Shown here: positions 1 to 12,254 of the stretch, piece by piece
How positions within the stretch are numbered: position 1 is the stretch's first letter
Layout: each line of letters starts with the position of its first letter
From: Eledone cirrhosa
Taxonomy: Eukaryota
Assembly (NCBI GenBank): GCA_964016885.1
Contig: OZ024740.1
Coordinates: 434,000,001 to 434,064,000 of the forward strand
Direction: 5' to 3'
Length of the DNA: 64,000 nt
Translations under genes and position numbers: made by a program
The notes under the pieces: model-generated
Told to the model about the DNA's origin: nothing
The model's database searches: none
The model's input: the letters and a program-made list of their open reading frames with translations, nothing else

Positions 1-205
1 CAACACCACCACCACAACACCACCACCACAACCACCACCACTACCATCACTACCACCATCTCCACCACTACCATCACCACAACCATCCCCACCACCACCA
101 CCATCTCCACCACTACCACCGCCACAACCATCCCCACCACCACCATCACCACAACCATCCCCACCACCACCATCATCACCATCACCACCACCACCACCAC
201 CATCA
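1..205. repeat. (CAC/CAT)n degenerate trinucleotide microsatellite
   Basis: Directly visible CAC/CAT/CAA runs; continues off the left edge. Confidence 0.95.
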
Positions 206-532
206 TAAAGATTTTATTGGAGCCATTCTACAGTTTTTTCTTTATTTCTAGTCATAATATGGAGAATAATGGATTTTTTCCCCATGTGCATGAGTGTGTA
301 TATATACACACCACATGTACATATATACACCACATGCTCATACACACACCACAGATACATACACAGCACACACACCACATACACACATGCACCACATGCA
401 CGACATGCACAAATCCACTGATAGCAAGAGACTGCTCCATTGTTGGTATTAGGCTTACATAACATAGCAGGGAATGGTTTATCACAGTTTTATGTTTGGG
501 GGAATATTTTATTTCTGTTTACAAAAATTATT

Positions 533-720
533 GGTAGATTGGCAGTATCGGCAGAGCATCAGACACCATGCTTTGCAGCATAGAGTTACAACCCTTTACG
601 GTTTGAGTTCAAATCCCACCGAAGTTAACTTTGCCTTTCATCCTTACGGGGTCGATAAAATAAAGTACCAGTAATACAGTGGGTAATTGCTGGCCTTGTG
701 CCAAAAGTAGAAACAATTAT
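533..720 (+). mobile_element. tRNA-derived SINE (family S1)
   Basis: A-box-like TGGCAGTATCGG, B-box GAGTTCAAATCC, central GCCTTTCATCCTTACGGGGTCGATAAAATAAAGTACCAG, 3' end GGCCTTGTGCCAAAAGTAGAAACAATTAT. At least 10 copies in the window. Confidence 0.9.
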
Positions 721-739
721 CATCATATTCTTCATTATC

Positions 740-1100
740 GTCTTCTTTGCCCACTTATTTCTGAGAGGGTCAAGGGGGCAGAGTCTTCAAACACTCTTCC
801 TGTCAGAAGCAACCGTCTCCAACTGATCCAGCTGGATCCCCAAGCGTGACCAGCGAAGCTCATAGATATTATCCAAGCATCTTGCTCAGGGTCTACCCCT
901 GCGTCTCATGCCAGTTGGTTTTGACCATAAAATCTGTCCAGCAATTTTTCCCCGAGACATTCTACCTACAGAGCTGTGATCTCTCAATTCAGAGAAGTAG
1001 TGGCTCTACCTGGAGTGACTCACTGATCTCTGAACTACATTATCTATCGAGTAACTCCATCATCTTCTCCTCATCCTCCTTATTCCTGAGAGGGTCATGG
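740..1100 (-). mobile_element. Degenerate 3' fragment(s) of an RTE-like LINE (family R2)
   Basis: Homologous to 6411-6720, 50240-50375, 55885-56100 and 62440-62800 (…GGATCAGTTGGAGACGGTTGCTTCTGACAGG…GAAATAAGTGGG). Confidence 0.7.
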
Positions 1101-1234
1101 ACTAGGAACTCTTTCTATTAAAGTCAGATAAGCTAGAGTCGGAAACTGAAAAAAGAAACTTCTTTAGATGTGAGATCTGTCTTTCATTATCATGGCTGGA
1201 TCATTAAACCATTTATATAAATTATTAGGCCTCC

Positions 1235-1400
1235 ATCATCATCATCATCATCATTTTACGTCCGCTTTTCCCTGCTTGCAAGGGTGGGACGGGTCCTATT
1301 CAGCACAGCATCACTCCACTTGTCACGGTCCTTCGTCATCTCCTCCGTGAGCTTCAGCCCATGTTTTTCATAGTCTTCCTCTACTATGTCTTCCTTCAAC
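1235..1400 (-). mobile_element. RTE LINE 3' end fragment with (GAT)n tail
   Basis: Translates LKLTEEMTKDRDKWSDAVLNRTRP, homologous to the C-terminus of the 1547-2695 ORF. (CAT)n tail on + strand. Confidence 0.75.
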
Positions 1401-1539
1401 TTGCCTCCATAGGTAAAAATACAGTGCTGGGTAGGGGCATGACTTAACTGCTTGCCATAGATGCTATTTTCCCCAGTTACATCTCTGTTCACTAGATAAA
1501 CTACATTTAATACCTAAAACTTAATCCATACTTATATTC

Positions 1540-2998
1540 ATGGCTTGTGAAAGCGGTACAAGCCATGTATAGGGGAGCAGTGAGCAAAGTTAGGATTAGC
1601 AATGAGTATAGCGAGGAATTTAGCGTACAGGTTGGGGTCCACCAGGGCTCTGTTCTTAGCCCCCTCCTGTTCATCATAGTCCTGCAGGCAATAACGGAGG
1701 AGTTTAAGACCGGATGCCCATGGGAACTCCTGTATGCTGATGACCTCGCACTTATAGCTGAATCTATGGTAGAACTAGCGAAGAAATTCCAAACTTGGAA
1801 GCAGGGACTAGAAAGAAAGAGTCTCAAAGTCAACATGACAAAGACTAAGGTCCTTGTAAGTAGACGAGAAAACAGAACCCAGATCCCCTCAGGGAAATGG
1901 CCTTGCTCAGTATGTAGGAAAGGTGTAGGTAGGAACTCCATTCTCTGCCCCAAATGCAAACAATGGGTACACAAGAGATGTAGCGGGATCTCAGGAAGCT
2001 TAATTAAGAATGTAGGCTTCACATGCAGCAGCTGTGCTGAAACAGCAAGCAAACAGCCACAGGAAACAAGTACCACCAATCTCTGGGAGGGCTCTGTAGA
2101 AACAGTAGACAGCTTCTGCTACCTAGGTGACCGAATTAGCAGCGGAGGTGGGTGTTCAGAATGTACAATAACTAGGGTAAGAACGGGATGGAAGAAGTTT
2201 AGGGAACTACTACCACTGCTAGCTGCAAAAGGCTTCTCCCTCAAAATGAAAGGCAGACTGTATGATGCGTGTATCCGAACAGCAATGTTGCATGGTAGTG
2301 AGACCTGGGCGCTGAAGGTGGAAGACTTACGTAGATTAGACAGAAACGAAGCCTGCATGCTCCGATGGATGTGTAACAGTAATATACGCGAACGACAAAG
2401 CATAAATGAATTGAGAGAGAGACTGAGCATAAGAGGAATCAAATGCTGTGTGCAGGAGAGGCGGTTGCGCTGGTATGGACATGTGATGCGTATGAAGGAT
2501 GACAGTTGCATAAAAAGGTGCAGAGCACTAGAAGTCGATGGAAACCGGGGAGTGGGGAGACCCAAGATGACCTGGGATGAGGTGATAAAAGCCGACCTTA
2601 CCCAATTACACCTCTCAAAGGCGATGTCACATGATCGTGACCTCTGGTGTCACGCAGTAATACAGAGTACCCGACCTCCCATGGGTACAAGCTGAAGCAT
2701 ATAGACAATATGCCCCCACACCCTCCCACTGCAAGGTGGTCGTGGAGGTGCCACGGCAAAAAAGCACCCAGCCCACACTGTAAAGTGGACGTGTAGGCGC
2801 CACAGAAAAAAAGCACCCAGCACTCACTGTAAATGAGGTTGGTGTTAGGAAGGGCATCCAGCTGTAGAAATCAAGCCAAATCAGTTCCTGTATGAGCAAG
2901 GCATGGTCAGCCGACCAGACACTGCCCACAACAGGACAACCCGTCTAACCCATGCTAGCGTGGAAGAACGGACGTAAAACGGGGATGATGATGATGAT
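1540..2998 (+). mobile_element. 5'-truncated RTE-clade LINE (family R1) with 3'UTR and (GAT)n tail
   Basis: RT ORF followed by a 3'UTR with AAAAAGCACCCAG repeats, the CTAACCCATGCTAGC end motif and a GATGATGAT tail at 2984-2998. Confidence 0.92.
1547..2695 (+). CDS. Retrotransposon ORF (C-terminal RT + PHD-like zinc finger + RTE C-terminus), 5'-truncated
   Basis: Motifs GVHQGSVLSPLLF, LLYADDLAL, FCYLG, RRLRWYGHVMR, GRPKMTW. C4-H-C3 finger CSVC..CPKC..WVHKRC..CSSC. Confidence 0.88.
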   Translation: MKAVQAMYRGAVSKVRISNEYSEEFSVQVGVHQGSVLSPLLFIIVLQAITEEFKTGCPWELLYADDLALIAESMVELAKKFQTWKQGLERKSLKVNMTKTKVLVSRRENRTQIPSGKWPCSVCRKGVGRNSILCPKCKQWVHKRCSGISGSLIKNVGFTCSSCAETASKQPQETSTTNLWEGSVETVDSFCYLGDRISSGGGCSECTITRVRTGWKKFRELLPLLAAKGFSLKMKGRLYDACIRTAMLHGSETWALKVEDLRRLDRNEACMLRWMCNSNIRERQSINELRERLSIRGIKCCVQERRLRWYGHVMRMKDDSCIKRCRALEVDGNRGVGRPKMTWDEVIKADLTQLHLSKAMSHDRDLWCHAVIQSTRPPMGTS

Positions 2999-3118
2999 TC
3001 TGGGAGAATGCGTTAAGCTTTGATAACCTCTTCAGTAGGCCTAACATAGATATAAACAGCATATGAGAGCCTTTAATTAAGAAAGAACATTGAGCCTAAG
3101 ACAATAAAATAGGTTAGC

Positions 3119-3336
3119 GATGCAAGTGTCCCAAATGCAGGAAAATACTGTAATAAGAGTCTAACATTATAAATAATAGTTGAGAAAGCTGGATAAAATA
3201 CCCTGAGAGATGGAAAAAGGTGAACAGGAATACCTATGAGGAATTAAACCTCAGTATTTTACCTGATATTTTCAACTATTATCTATAGTGATAAACTGTT
3301 ATTACAGTCATTTTCAACATTTGGGATGCTCACATC
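3119..3336. mobile_element. Degenerate fold-back (MITE-like) element
   Basis: GATGCAAGTGTCCCAAATGCAGGAAAATACTGTAATAA pairs imperfectly with TTATTACAGTCATTTTCAACATTTGGGATGCTCACATC. Inner arms ATAATAGTTGAGAA… / …TTCAACTATTAT also pair. Confidence 0.55.
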
Positions 3337-4023
3337 TTCAAATTTCATATTCTCTCAGTACTCAGTAAATTATAATATAGTTTTAAAATCTCTAATTTCC
3401 ATCACCAAATCATCCTATAATCAATATAAAAATTGATTAAGTATTAAATGTAGTTTATCTGGTGAGTATGAATTCAATAGTTGACTATTTTGTATCTGTT
3501 CTAAAGTGAATCAAGACAGTTTCAGTACTAAGTAACAGACAGACAATAGTTGACTTAGTCTATATTGTATGTTCTCAAGTGGATCAAAACAGCTTCACTA
3601 ATAAGTAACATAACACAGATAATAGAATGAGATATATCTAAACTATAAAGTAAGGAGTGCGGGACTGTGTCCAGAATATATTTTTTTATCCCGTTTGTAA
3701 AATAAGTTGGATTACTTTGAATAAATAATGAATGAATATTACATAATTTATCTACTAAATTTCGTTATTCTTGGTTAAATATAAATAATATTGTTGCTTA
3801 TTTTAAGATTCACTTCTTTAAAATGTTCAAATGTCAACACTTCCGGTTAGCGATCGCTTAAATAAACATTCATATATTTCCGTCACTAATTTTCTCCTAA
3901 TGCAGTTTATATATAATATCGTCTTTTTTTAATGTATCATGGATTACGTTACTGATTACATAAGACAGTGTAACACAGTCTTCCTTCAATTTCTGTGTAT
4001 ATTGTCAATTACGATGTTATTTG

Positions 4024-6021
4024 ATGTATCATATCTACATGTATATATGCCTGCGTATAATATCAATATACACACTACACATGTATCATATCTACATGTA
4101 TATATACCTGCGTATAATATCAATATACACACTACACATGTATCATATCTACATGTATATATACCTGCGTATAATATCAATATACACACTACACATGTAT
4201 CATATCTACATGTATATATACCTGCGTATAATATCAATATACACACTACACATGTATCATATCTACATGTATATATACTTGCGTATAATATCAATATACA
4301 CACTACACATGTATCATATCTACATGTATATATACCTGCGTATAATATCAATATACACACTACACATGTATCATATCTACATGTATATATACTTGCGTAT
4401 AATATCAATATACACACTACACATGTATCATATCTACATGTATATATACTTGCGTATAATATCAATATACACACTACACATGTATCATATCTACATGTAT
4501 ATATACCTGCGTATAATATCAATATACACACTACACATGTATCATATCTACATGTATATATACCTGCGTATAATATCAATATACACACTACACATGTATC
4601 ATATCTACATGTATATATACCTGCGTATAATATCAATATACACACTACACATGTATCATATCTACATGTATATATACCTGCGTATAATATCAATATACAC
4701 ACTACACATGTATCATATCTACATGTATATATACTTGCGTATAATATCAATATACACACTACACATGTATCATATCTACATGTATATATACCTGCGTATA
4801 ATATCAATATACACACTACACATGTATCATATCTACATGTATATATACCTGCGTATAATATCAATATACACACTACACATGTATCATATCTACATGTATA
4901 TATACCTGCGTATAATATCAATATACACACTACGTATGTATCATATCTACATGTATATATACCTGCGTATAATATCAATATACACACTACGCATGTATCA
5001 TATCTACATGTATATATACCTGCGTATAATATCAATATACACACTACACATGTATCATATCTACATGTATATATACCTGCGTATAATATCAATATACACA
5101 CTACACATGTATCATATCTACATGTATATATACCTGCGTATAATATCAATATACACACTACACATGTATCATATCTACATGTATATATACCTGCGTATAA
5201 TATCAATATACACACTACACATGTATCATATCTACGTGTATATATACCTGTGTATAATATCAATATACACACTACACATGTATCATATCTACGTGTATAT
5301 ATACCTGCGTATAATATCAATATACACACTACACATGTATCATATCTACATGTATATATACCTGCGTATAATATCAATATACACACTACACATGTATCAT
5401 ATCTACATGTATATATACCTGCGTATAATATCAATATACACACTACACATGTATCATATCTACATGTATATATACCTGCGTATAATATCAATATACACAC
5501 TACACATGTATCATATCTACGTGTATATATACCTGCGTATAATATCAATATACACACTACACATGTATCATATCTACGTGTATATATACCTGCGTATAAT
5601 ATCAATATACACACTACACATGTATCATATCTACGTGTATATATACCTGCGTATAATATCAATATACACACTACACATGTATCAGATCTACATGTATATA
5701 TACCTGCGTATAATATCAATATACACACTACACATGTATCATATCTACATGTATATATACCTGCGTATAATATCAATATACACACTACACATGTATCATA
5801 TCTACATGTATATATACCTGCATATAATATCAATATACACACTACACATGTATCATATCTACATGTATATATACCTGCGTATAATATCAATATACACACT
5901 ACACATGTATCATATCTACATGTATATATACCTGCATATAATATCAATATACACACTACACATGTATCATATCTACATGTATATATACCTGCGTATAATA
6001 TCAATATACACACTACACATG
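4024..6021. repeat. 57-bp minisatellite, ~35 copies
   Basis: Unit ATGTATCATATCTACATGTATATATACCTGCGTATAATATCAATATACACACTACAC; explains the three ~700-aa ORFs. Confidence 0.97.
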
Positions 6022-6216
6022 CTAGCAGAAAACCACCTGAACGGTGGTTTTCTGCTAGTCTTAAATAAAGGGCTTTGTTCAAAAGTCTGGGTACATTACT
6101 AAATATGACAAACCAGAGAGTACAACAACTGAAACGTGAATATAACAACAAAGATAGGGACTCCTCCTCCTCATTCTTCTTCTTTGTCTTCTTTTTCTTC
6201 TTATTATTATTCCTGG

Positions 6217-6413
6217 AAGGGCGGTAGATTGGCAGTATCGGTAGAGAGTCGGACACCATGCTTTGAAGCATAGAGTTACGGCCCTTTATGGTCTGAGTTC
6301 AAATTTCGCTGAGGTTAACTTTGCCTTTCAGCCTTACGGGGTCGATAAAATAAAGTACCAGTAATACACTGGGATAATTGCTGGCTTTATGCCAAAAGGA
6401 GAAACAATTATTA
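6217..6413 (+). mobile_element. SINE S1, full length
   Basis: Same A/B boxes, core and tail as 533-720. Confidence 0.9.
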
Positions 6414-6720
6414 TTCCTGGAAGTTGTGGAGGCTGAGAGTCCAGAAACAGTCCTCCCAGCAGGTCCTGTCAGAAGTAACCAGCTCCAATTGACCTGGCTG
6501 GCTCCACCAGTGAGACCAGCCAAGCTCATGAATCTTATCCAACCATCTTGCTCGTGGTCTACCTCTGGGTCTCCTGCCAGTTGGCTTTGCCCGTAAAATC
6601 TGTCCAGCGATTCTTTCCTGTGTTATTCTAACCACATTCCCATAGTATTGGAACTGTGATCTCTTAATTCGGAGAAGTAGCAGCTCTACCTGGAGTGACT
6701 CTCCGAGCTACACACTAACA
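6411..6720 (-). mobile_element. RTE-like LINE 3' fragment (R2)
   Basis: Translates RIAGQILRAKPTGRRPRGRPRARWLDKI…DRTCW, a typical RTE C-terminus. Confidence 0.8.
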
Positions 6721-6834
6721 AGTATTGTCACTCCAAAGATCCTGTCTGGATAAGTCGATGTATAAAAATGGTAATTCTTCATCACAGAAAATCAAACAGA
6801 AGTAATCCATCCATGTCAAGTAAATATATTGAGA

Positions 6835-7107
6835 CACCTGTCCAACCCATGCTAGAGTCGAAGATGGACATTAAACAATGTTGATGGTGGTGGTGATGAT
6901 GATGGTGGTTGTGATGATGATGGTGGCGGTGATGGTGGTGGTGGTGATGATGATGATGGTTGTGGTGATGGTGTTGGTGATGATGATGGTTGTGGTGTCG
7001 GTAGTGGTGGTGGTGGTGGTGTTGGTAATGATGGTTGTGGTGTTGGTGGTGATGATGATGGTTGCGATAGTGATGGTGATGATGGTGATGGTGATGATGA
7101 TGATGAA
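6835..7107 (+). repeat. RTE-type 3' terminal motif followed by expanded (GAT/GGT)n tail
   Basis: CCTGTCCAACCCATGCTAG…GGACATTAAA then a GAT/GGT microsatellite. Confidence 0.75.
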
Positions 7108-7493
7108 TATTTCTCAATATATTTCTTTTTTCTTCTGGATTGTTTGCAATTGGATTCACTCAAAATACTTTCAAAAGTTATTAAACTGATATTTAGAGCA
7201 GGTTGGTGGTTGGGTTTACTGAGTATAAATCAGGAATATTGGATCTAGTATAGTTTCCTCAGACTAGTATTTAGAGCAGGTTGGTGGTTGGGTTTATGAA
7301 GTATAAGTCAGGAAATATAGATGATGTCTGTGGTAGGAATTATGGAGGATGTCTTGGATCTAGTATAGACATTTAGTTTGTAATTAGTTTTGTTTTAATG
7401 AGTGTATTAATTACAAGTTTGGTATTCAATGGTCTTATTCCCTGGGTGATTTATTTATTGTTGGATTTGTTTTCAGAGTGTATTATTTACATA

Positions 7494-7587
7494 TAATCCC
7501 GCCGAGGTTAACTTTGCCATTCATCCTTAGTACCAGTAATGCACTGGGGTAATTGCTGGCGTTGTGCCAAAAGTAGAAACAATTATT
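7494..7587 (+). mobile_element. SINE S1, 5'-truncated with internal deletion
   Basis: AATCCCGCCGAGGTTAACTTTGCC…GTGCCAAAAGTAGAAACAATTAT. Confidence 0.85.
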
Positions 7588-7725
7588 TACATATAGGGAC
7601 ATTCAGTGATTACTTGGTGTTTGTTCTAGGTATAGATTTAGGGAGTTTGAGCCCTATTTATATATAGGGACATTCAGTGATTACTTTGAGTTTGTTCTAG
7701 GTATATCTATGTTTAGATTAATGGT

Positions 7726-7727
<2 letters not shown>

Positions 7728-7792
<65 letters not shown>
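7728..7792. repeat. (TA)n microsatellite
   Basis: Direct. Confidence 0.98.
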
Positions 7793-7795
<3 letters not shown>

Positions 7796-8123
7796 TTATT
7801 TTTACAGATGCCTCGTATTTTCATGAATGATTCAATGTATATTATTTTTCATAACCTTTATCTGGGTTTGTTGTTTAACCCCAGGTCAGCTTTGATTGAA
7901 CACATGATCAACAATATTCCAACCAACTATCCTATCCTTTTCTATATAAATGGCAGTCCAACCTTTGCTAGTAACGAAAATGGATGTTAAATGATGATGA
8001 TGATGATGATGATGACATTATCCAATGTGTTCTTTCTTTTAAAAGACAGCATGTTGTGATTAGAAAGATTTAGCTGTTGTTTCTAGCAGGTCAAACGTCA
8101 CTGTTGAGGCTCTCTTGTTGGTT

Positions 8124-10533
8124 CATGTCAGTGAGGTACCCTACTGTTGACATGTCAGTGAGGTACCTACTGTTGACATGTCAGTGAGGTACTCTACTGT
8201 TGACATGTCAATGTGGTACCCTACTGTTGACATGTCAGTGAGGTACCATACTGTTGACATGTCAGTGTGGTACCCTACCGTTGACATGTCAGTGTGGTAC
8301 CCTACTGTTGACATGTCAGTGAGGTACCTACTGTTGACATGCCAGTGAGGTACTCCACTGTTGACATGTCAATGTGGTACCCTACTGTTGACATGTCAGT
8401 GAGGTACCATACTGTTGACATGTCAGTGTGGTACCCTACCGTTGACATGTCAATGTGGTACCCTACTGTTGACATGCCAGTGAGGTACTCCACTGTTGAC
8501 ATGCCAGTGAGGTACCTACTGTTGACATGTCAGTGAGGTACCCTACTGTTGACATGTCAGTGAGGTACTCCACTGTTGACATGTCAGTGAGGTACCTACT
8601 GTTGACATGTCAGTGAGGTACCCTACTGTTGACATGCCAGTGAGGTACTCCACTGTTGACATGTCAGTGAGGTACCCTACCGTTGACATGTCAATGTGGT
8701 ACCCTACTGTTGACATGCCAGTGAGGTACTCCACTGTTGACATGCCAGTGAGGTACCTACTGTTGACATGTCAGTGAGGTACTCCACTGTTAACATGCCA
8801 GTGAGGTACCCTACTGTTGACATGTCAGTGAGGTACTCCACTGTTGACATGCCAGTGAGGTACCTACTGTTGACATGTCAGTGAGGTACTCCACTGTTGA
8901 CATGCCAGTGAGGTACCATACTGTTGACATGTCAGTGAGGTACTCCACTGTTGACATGCCAGTGAGGTACTCCACTGTTGACATGCCAGTGAGGTACCCT
9001 ACTGTTGACATGTCAGTGAGGTACTCCCCTGTTGACATGCCAGTGAGGTACCATACTGTTGACATGTCAGTGAGGTACTCCACTGTTGACATGCCAGTGA
9101 GGTACTCCACTGTTGACATGTCAGTGAGGTACTCCACTGTTGATATGTCAGTGAGGTACCCTACTGTTGACATGCCAGTGAGGTACTCCACTGTTGACAT
9201 GTCAGTGAGGTACCCTACTGTTGACATGCCAGTGAGGTACTCCACTGTTGACATGTCAGTGAGGTGCCCTACTGTTGACATGCCAGTGAGGTACTCCACT
9301 GTTGACATGTCAGTGAGGTACCCTACTGTTGACATGTCAATGTGGTACCCTACTGTTGACATGCCAGTGAGGTACTCCACTGTTGACATGTCAGTGAGGT
9401 ACCCTACTGTTGACATGCCAGTGAGGTACCCTACTGTTACATGTCAGTGAGGTACCCTACTGTTGACATGTCAATGTGGTACCCTACTGTTGACATGCCA
9501 GTGAGGTACTCCACTGTTGACATGCCAGTGAGGTACTCCACTGTTGACATGTCAGTGTGGTACCCTACTGTTGACATGCCAGTGAGGTACTCCACTGTTG
9601 ACATGCCAGTGAGGTACTCCACTGTTGACATGTCAGTGAGGTACCCTACTGTTGACATGTCAATGTGGTACCCTACTGTTGACATGCCAGTGAGGTACTC
9701 CACTGTTGACATGCCAGTGAGGTACCCTACTGTTGACATGTCAATGTGGTACCCTACTGTTGACATGCCAGTGAGGTACTCCACTGTTGACATGTCAGTG
9801 TGGTACCCTACTGTTGACATGCCAGTGAGGTACTCCACTGTTGACATGTCAGTGAGGTACCCTACTGTTGACATGTTAATGTGGTACTCCACTGTTGACC
9901 TGTCAGTGAGGTACCCCACTATTGACATGCCAGTGAGGTACTCTCCTGTTGACATGCCAGTGAGGTACCATACTGTTGACATGTCAGTGAGGTACTCCAC
10001 TGTTGACACATCAGTGTGGTACCCCACTATTGACATGCCAGTGAGGTACTCCACTGTTGACCTGTCAGTGAGGTACCCCACTATTGACATGCCAGTGAGG
10101 TACTCTACTGTTGACATGTCAGTGAGGTACCATACTGTTGACATGCCAGTGAGGTACTCCACTGTTGACATGTCAGTGAGGTACTCCACTGTTGACCTGT
10201 CAGTGTGGTACCCCACTGTTGACATGCCAGTGAGGTACTCTACTGTTGACATTTCAGTGAGGTACCCTACTGTTGACATGTCAGTGTGGTACCCCACTGT
10301 TGACATGTCAATGTGGTACCCTACTGTTGACATGTCAGTGAGGTACCATACTGTTGACATGTCAGTGAGGTACTCCACTGTTGACATGTCAATGTGATAC
10401 TCCACTGTTGACATATCAATGTGATACTCCACTGTTGACATGTCAGTGAGGTACACCACTGTTGACATGTCAGTGTGGTACTCAACTGTTGACACATCAG
10501 TGTGGTACCCCACTGTTGACATGTCAATGTGGT
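8124..10533. repeat. 27-bp minisatellite, ~89 copies
   Basis: Unit CATGTCAGTGAGGTACCCTACTGTTGA with interspersed variants (GCC/GTC, CTCC/CCCT/CCAT, AATGTG); occasional 26-bp units break the ORFs. Confidence 0.97.
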
Positions 10534-10910
10534 AATATATAGATGTCCTTGTTATCACTCCAGTTGATATGCTATCACTAAACAAACAACCAAGAAGAAT
10601 GGAACAAAAACATGTCCATACATATCAAAGGAACAAAAACATGTCCATACATATCAAACTAACTATAAAAATTGTTATATTAATGATTTTAATATTAATG
10701 ATTTCTCCAGCTCCAATCTAAACCTTATATTTGTATATACAGGACAAATCATTTGAAACATGTCATTATAGAGAAATATATTTCATGACTTTATTGGCTT
10801 CAGTTGTCTCTAATCCCAGTTGTAAATATTTTAAACACCACTTCATATAAACTATGTTTACAATACATTGCTGGCACACTATCAAGAGACCTGCCACTAT
10901 TGTAACAACC

Positions 10911-10940
<30 letters not shown>

Positions 10941-10943
<3 letters not shown>

Positions 10944-11830
10944 AGGACATCCGGTACTGCATTAAGTTGGTGAATTTTTGTTGAAGAAAAATTGTGGCAA
11001 TTCTGCAGGAATTTATTTCAAACACGTTTCTGTTATTTCTTACAGAGGTGTCATGTCTTTTGGGTTAATTTCTTGGAATTGTGCTTACATTTCAATAATA
11101 TACCATAAAAGGAAATACACACACAGAGACTCACTCTCTCTCTCTTTCATACACACATTCCCTCCTTCTCACACACACACACAGACAAACATTATCTCCC
11201 TATCTCTCTCTCAAACATATCCTTTTAAAAGGTGTGGAGGATATGATAAATATAAGTATCAGTTAAGTGGTGGAGTCAATTAAATTGTTACACACTTCCC
11301 CCAAAAATGTGGTCCCTTTATATCCAAATTTAACTCTACCCTATAAACCAGCCGTATCTGGCCAGAATTCTCTCACCTCTTCCTGTTCTAACTGGCCACT
11401 CATACTTATGTTAAGGTATTGTTTTCAAAATTAATATCAAAATCTCGTAGAGTCGATATTATGTGAAATAATTATGTGAGGTAAAGCCATTGCTACGAAA
11501 ATACAATAGTAAATATAGAGAAGTGTAAATGTTAAAGGGTTAAGAAATAAACGATGCTACACTGTGTGTGTGTAGGTGGGGGTTCTCTGTTCATGGATAC
11601 ATCCCCACCCCACTACATGTGGCCCCTTATATCAAAGTTTAAGAAACAACATTACACTGTGTAGGTGTGTCTCTGTGCACGACTATTTTATAACTAATTA
11701 CACTAAATTTATTTGTAACTTGGCAGTACTTGGAGGATCATTTCATTGTTGAAGTCCCTCCCTGGGTCACCAGCATTGGAGTTCACACCTCCAGACCAAA
11801 CCAATATAAAAACTCAACTATGATTAATAA
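10941..11830 (-). mobile_element. Putative old non-autonomous Helitron-like element
   Basis: Left end ACTAG(GACATCCGG) reads as a CTAG-T 3' terminus on the minus strand; internal direct repeats at 11305/11615. The hairpin and 5' TC end are degenerate. Confidence 0.3.
11330..11543 (-). mobile_element. TTAA-flanked piggyBac-type MITE
   Basis: TTAA(C)…AAAGGGTTAA ends; reverse-orientation homolog of 54105-54325 and 54573-54801. Confidence 0.8.
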
Positions 11831-12026
11831 AACCTATACAATGTAAAACATTCCAGCCTTGAGCATCATATTGTTCTTTCTCAGATTCTTCTTTTAACTG
11901 TAACTCCTGATAGTCGTAGGGGCACCAGAGTGATATATAGCATTTCCTGGGCATTTTAAAGCATGGTGGATATTGTCCCTTCTCCAGGTGTAAATGCAGT
12001 CAATTTCTTCTTCTTGAGAGAGAGAC

Positions 12027-12110
12027 TCAACCCCAGTATTAGACTGGTATTGTTTTTTATCAACCTCAAAAAGATGAAAGGTAAAGTTGATTTCGATGGA
12101 ATTTGAACTG
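12027..12110 (-). mobile_element. Degenerate SINE (S1-related) fragment
   Basis: ACTGGTA…TTTATCAACC…GATGAAAGGTAAAGTTGA…ATTTGAACT. Confidence 0.7.
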
Positions 12111-12254
12111 AGAGATGAGGAACAAATACTACAAAGTATTCTATCTGACAATCTCTGGTTCATAAAAGAAACAAGTTACTCTGTTGTGTCTTGTGTGCCT
12201 GTTGTGAAACTGTCCAACCCATGCCAGAATGGAAAAATTGGCAGAAAATGATAA

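Noticed and set aside
533-720. tRNA gene (A and B boxes)
   Set aside because: No cloverleaf or CCA-end stem; continues into the SINE core and tail; multi-copy.
6069-6170. Short frame RALFKSLGTLLNMTNQRVQQLKREYNNKD, vaguely death-domain-like
   Set aside because: Too short, no convincing splice sites, runs into a microsatellite.
3939-6271. Three ~700-aa ORFs on both strands
   Set aside because: Produced by a 57-bp (3n) repeat lacking stops in three frames; no protein-like composition.
7190-7710. Two-copy direct repeats (7190-7330; 7588-7706), similarly 3475-3610, 10602-10658, 38315-38408 and the three-copy 27-mer at 55732-55811
   Set aside because: Ordinary small tandem duplications with no additional structure; consistent with the general amplification pattern.
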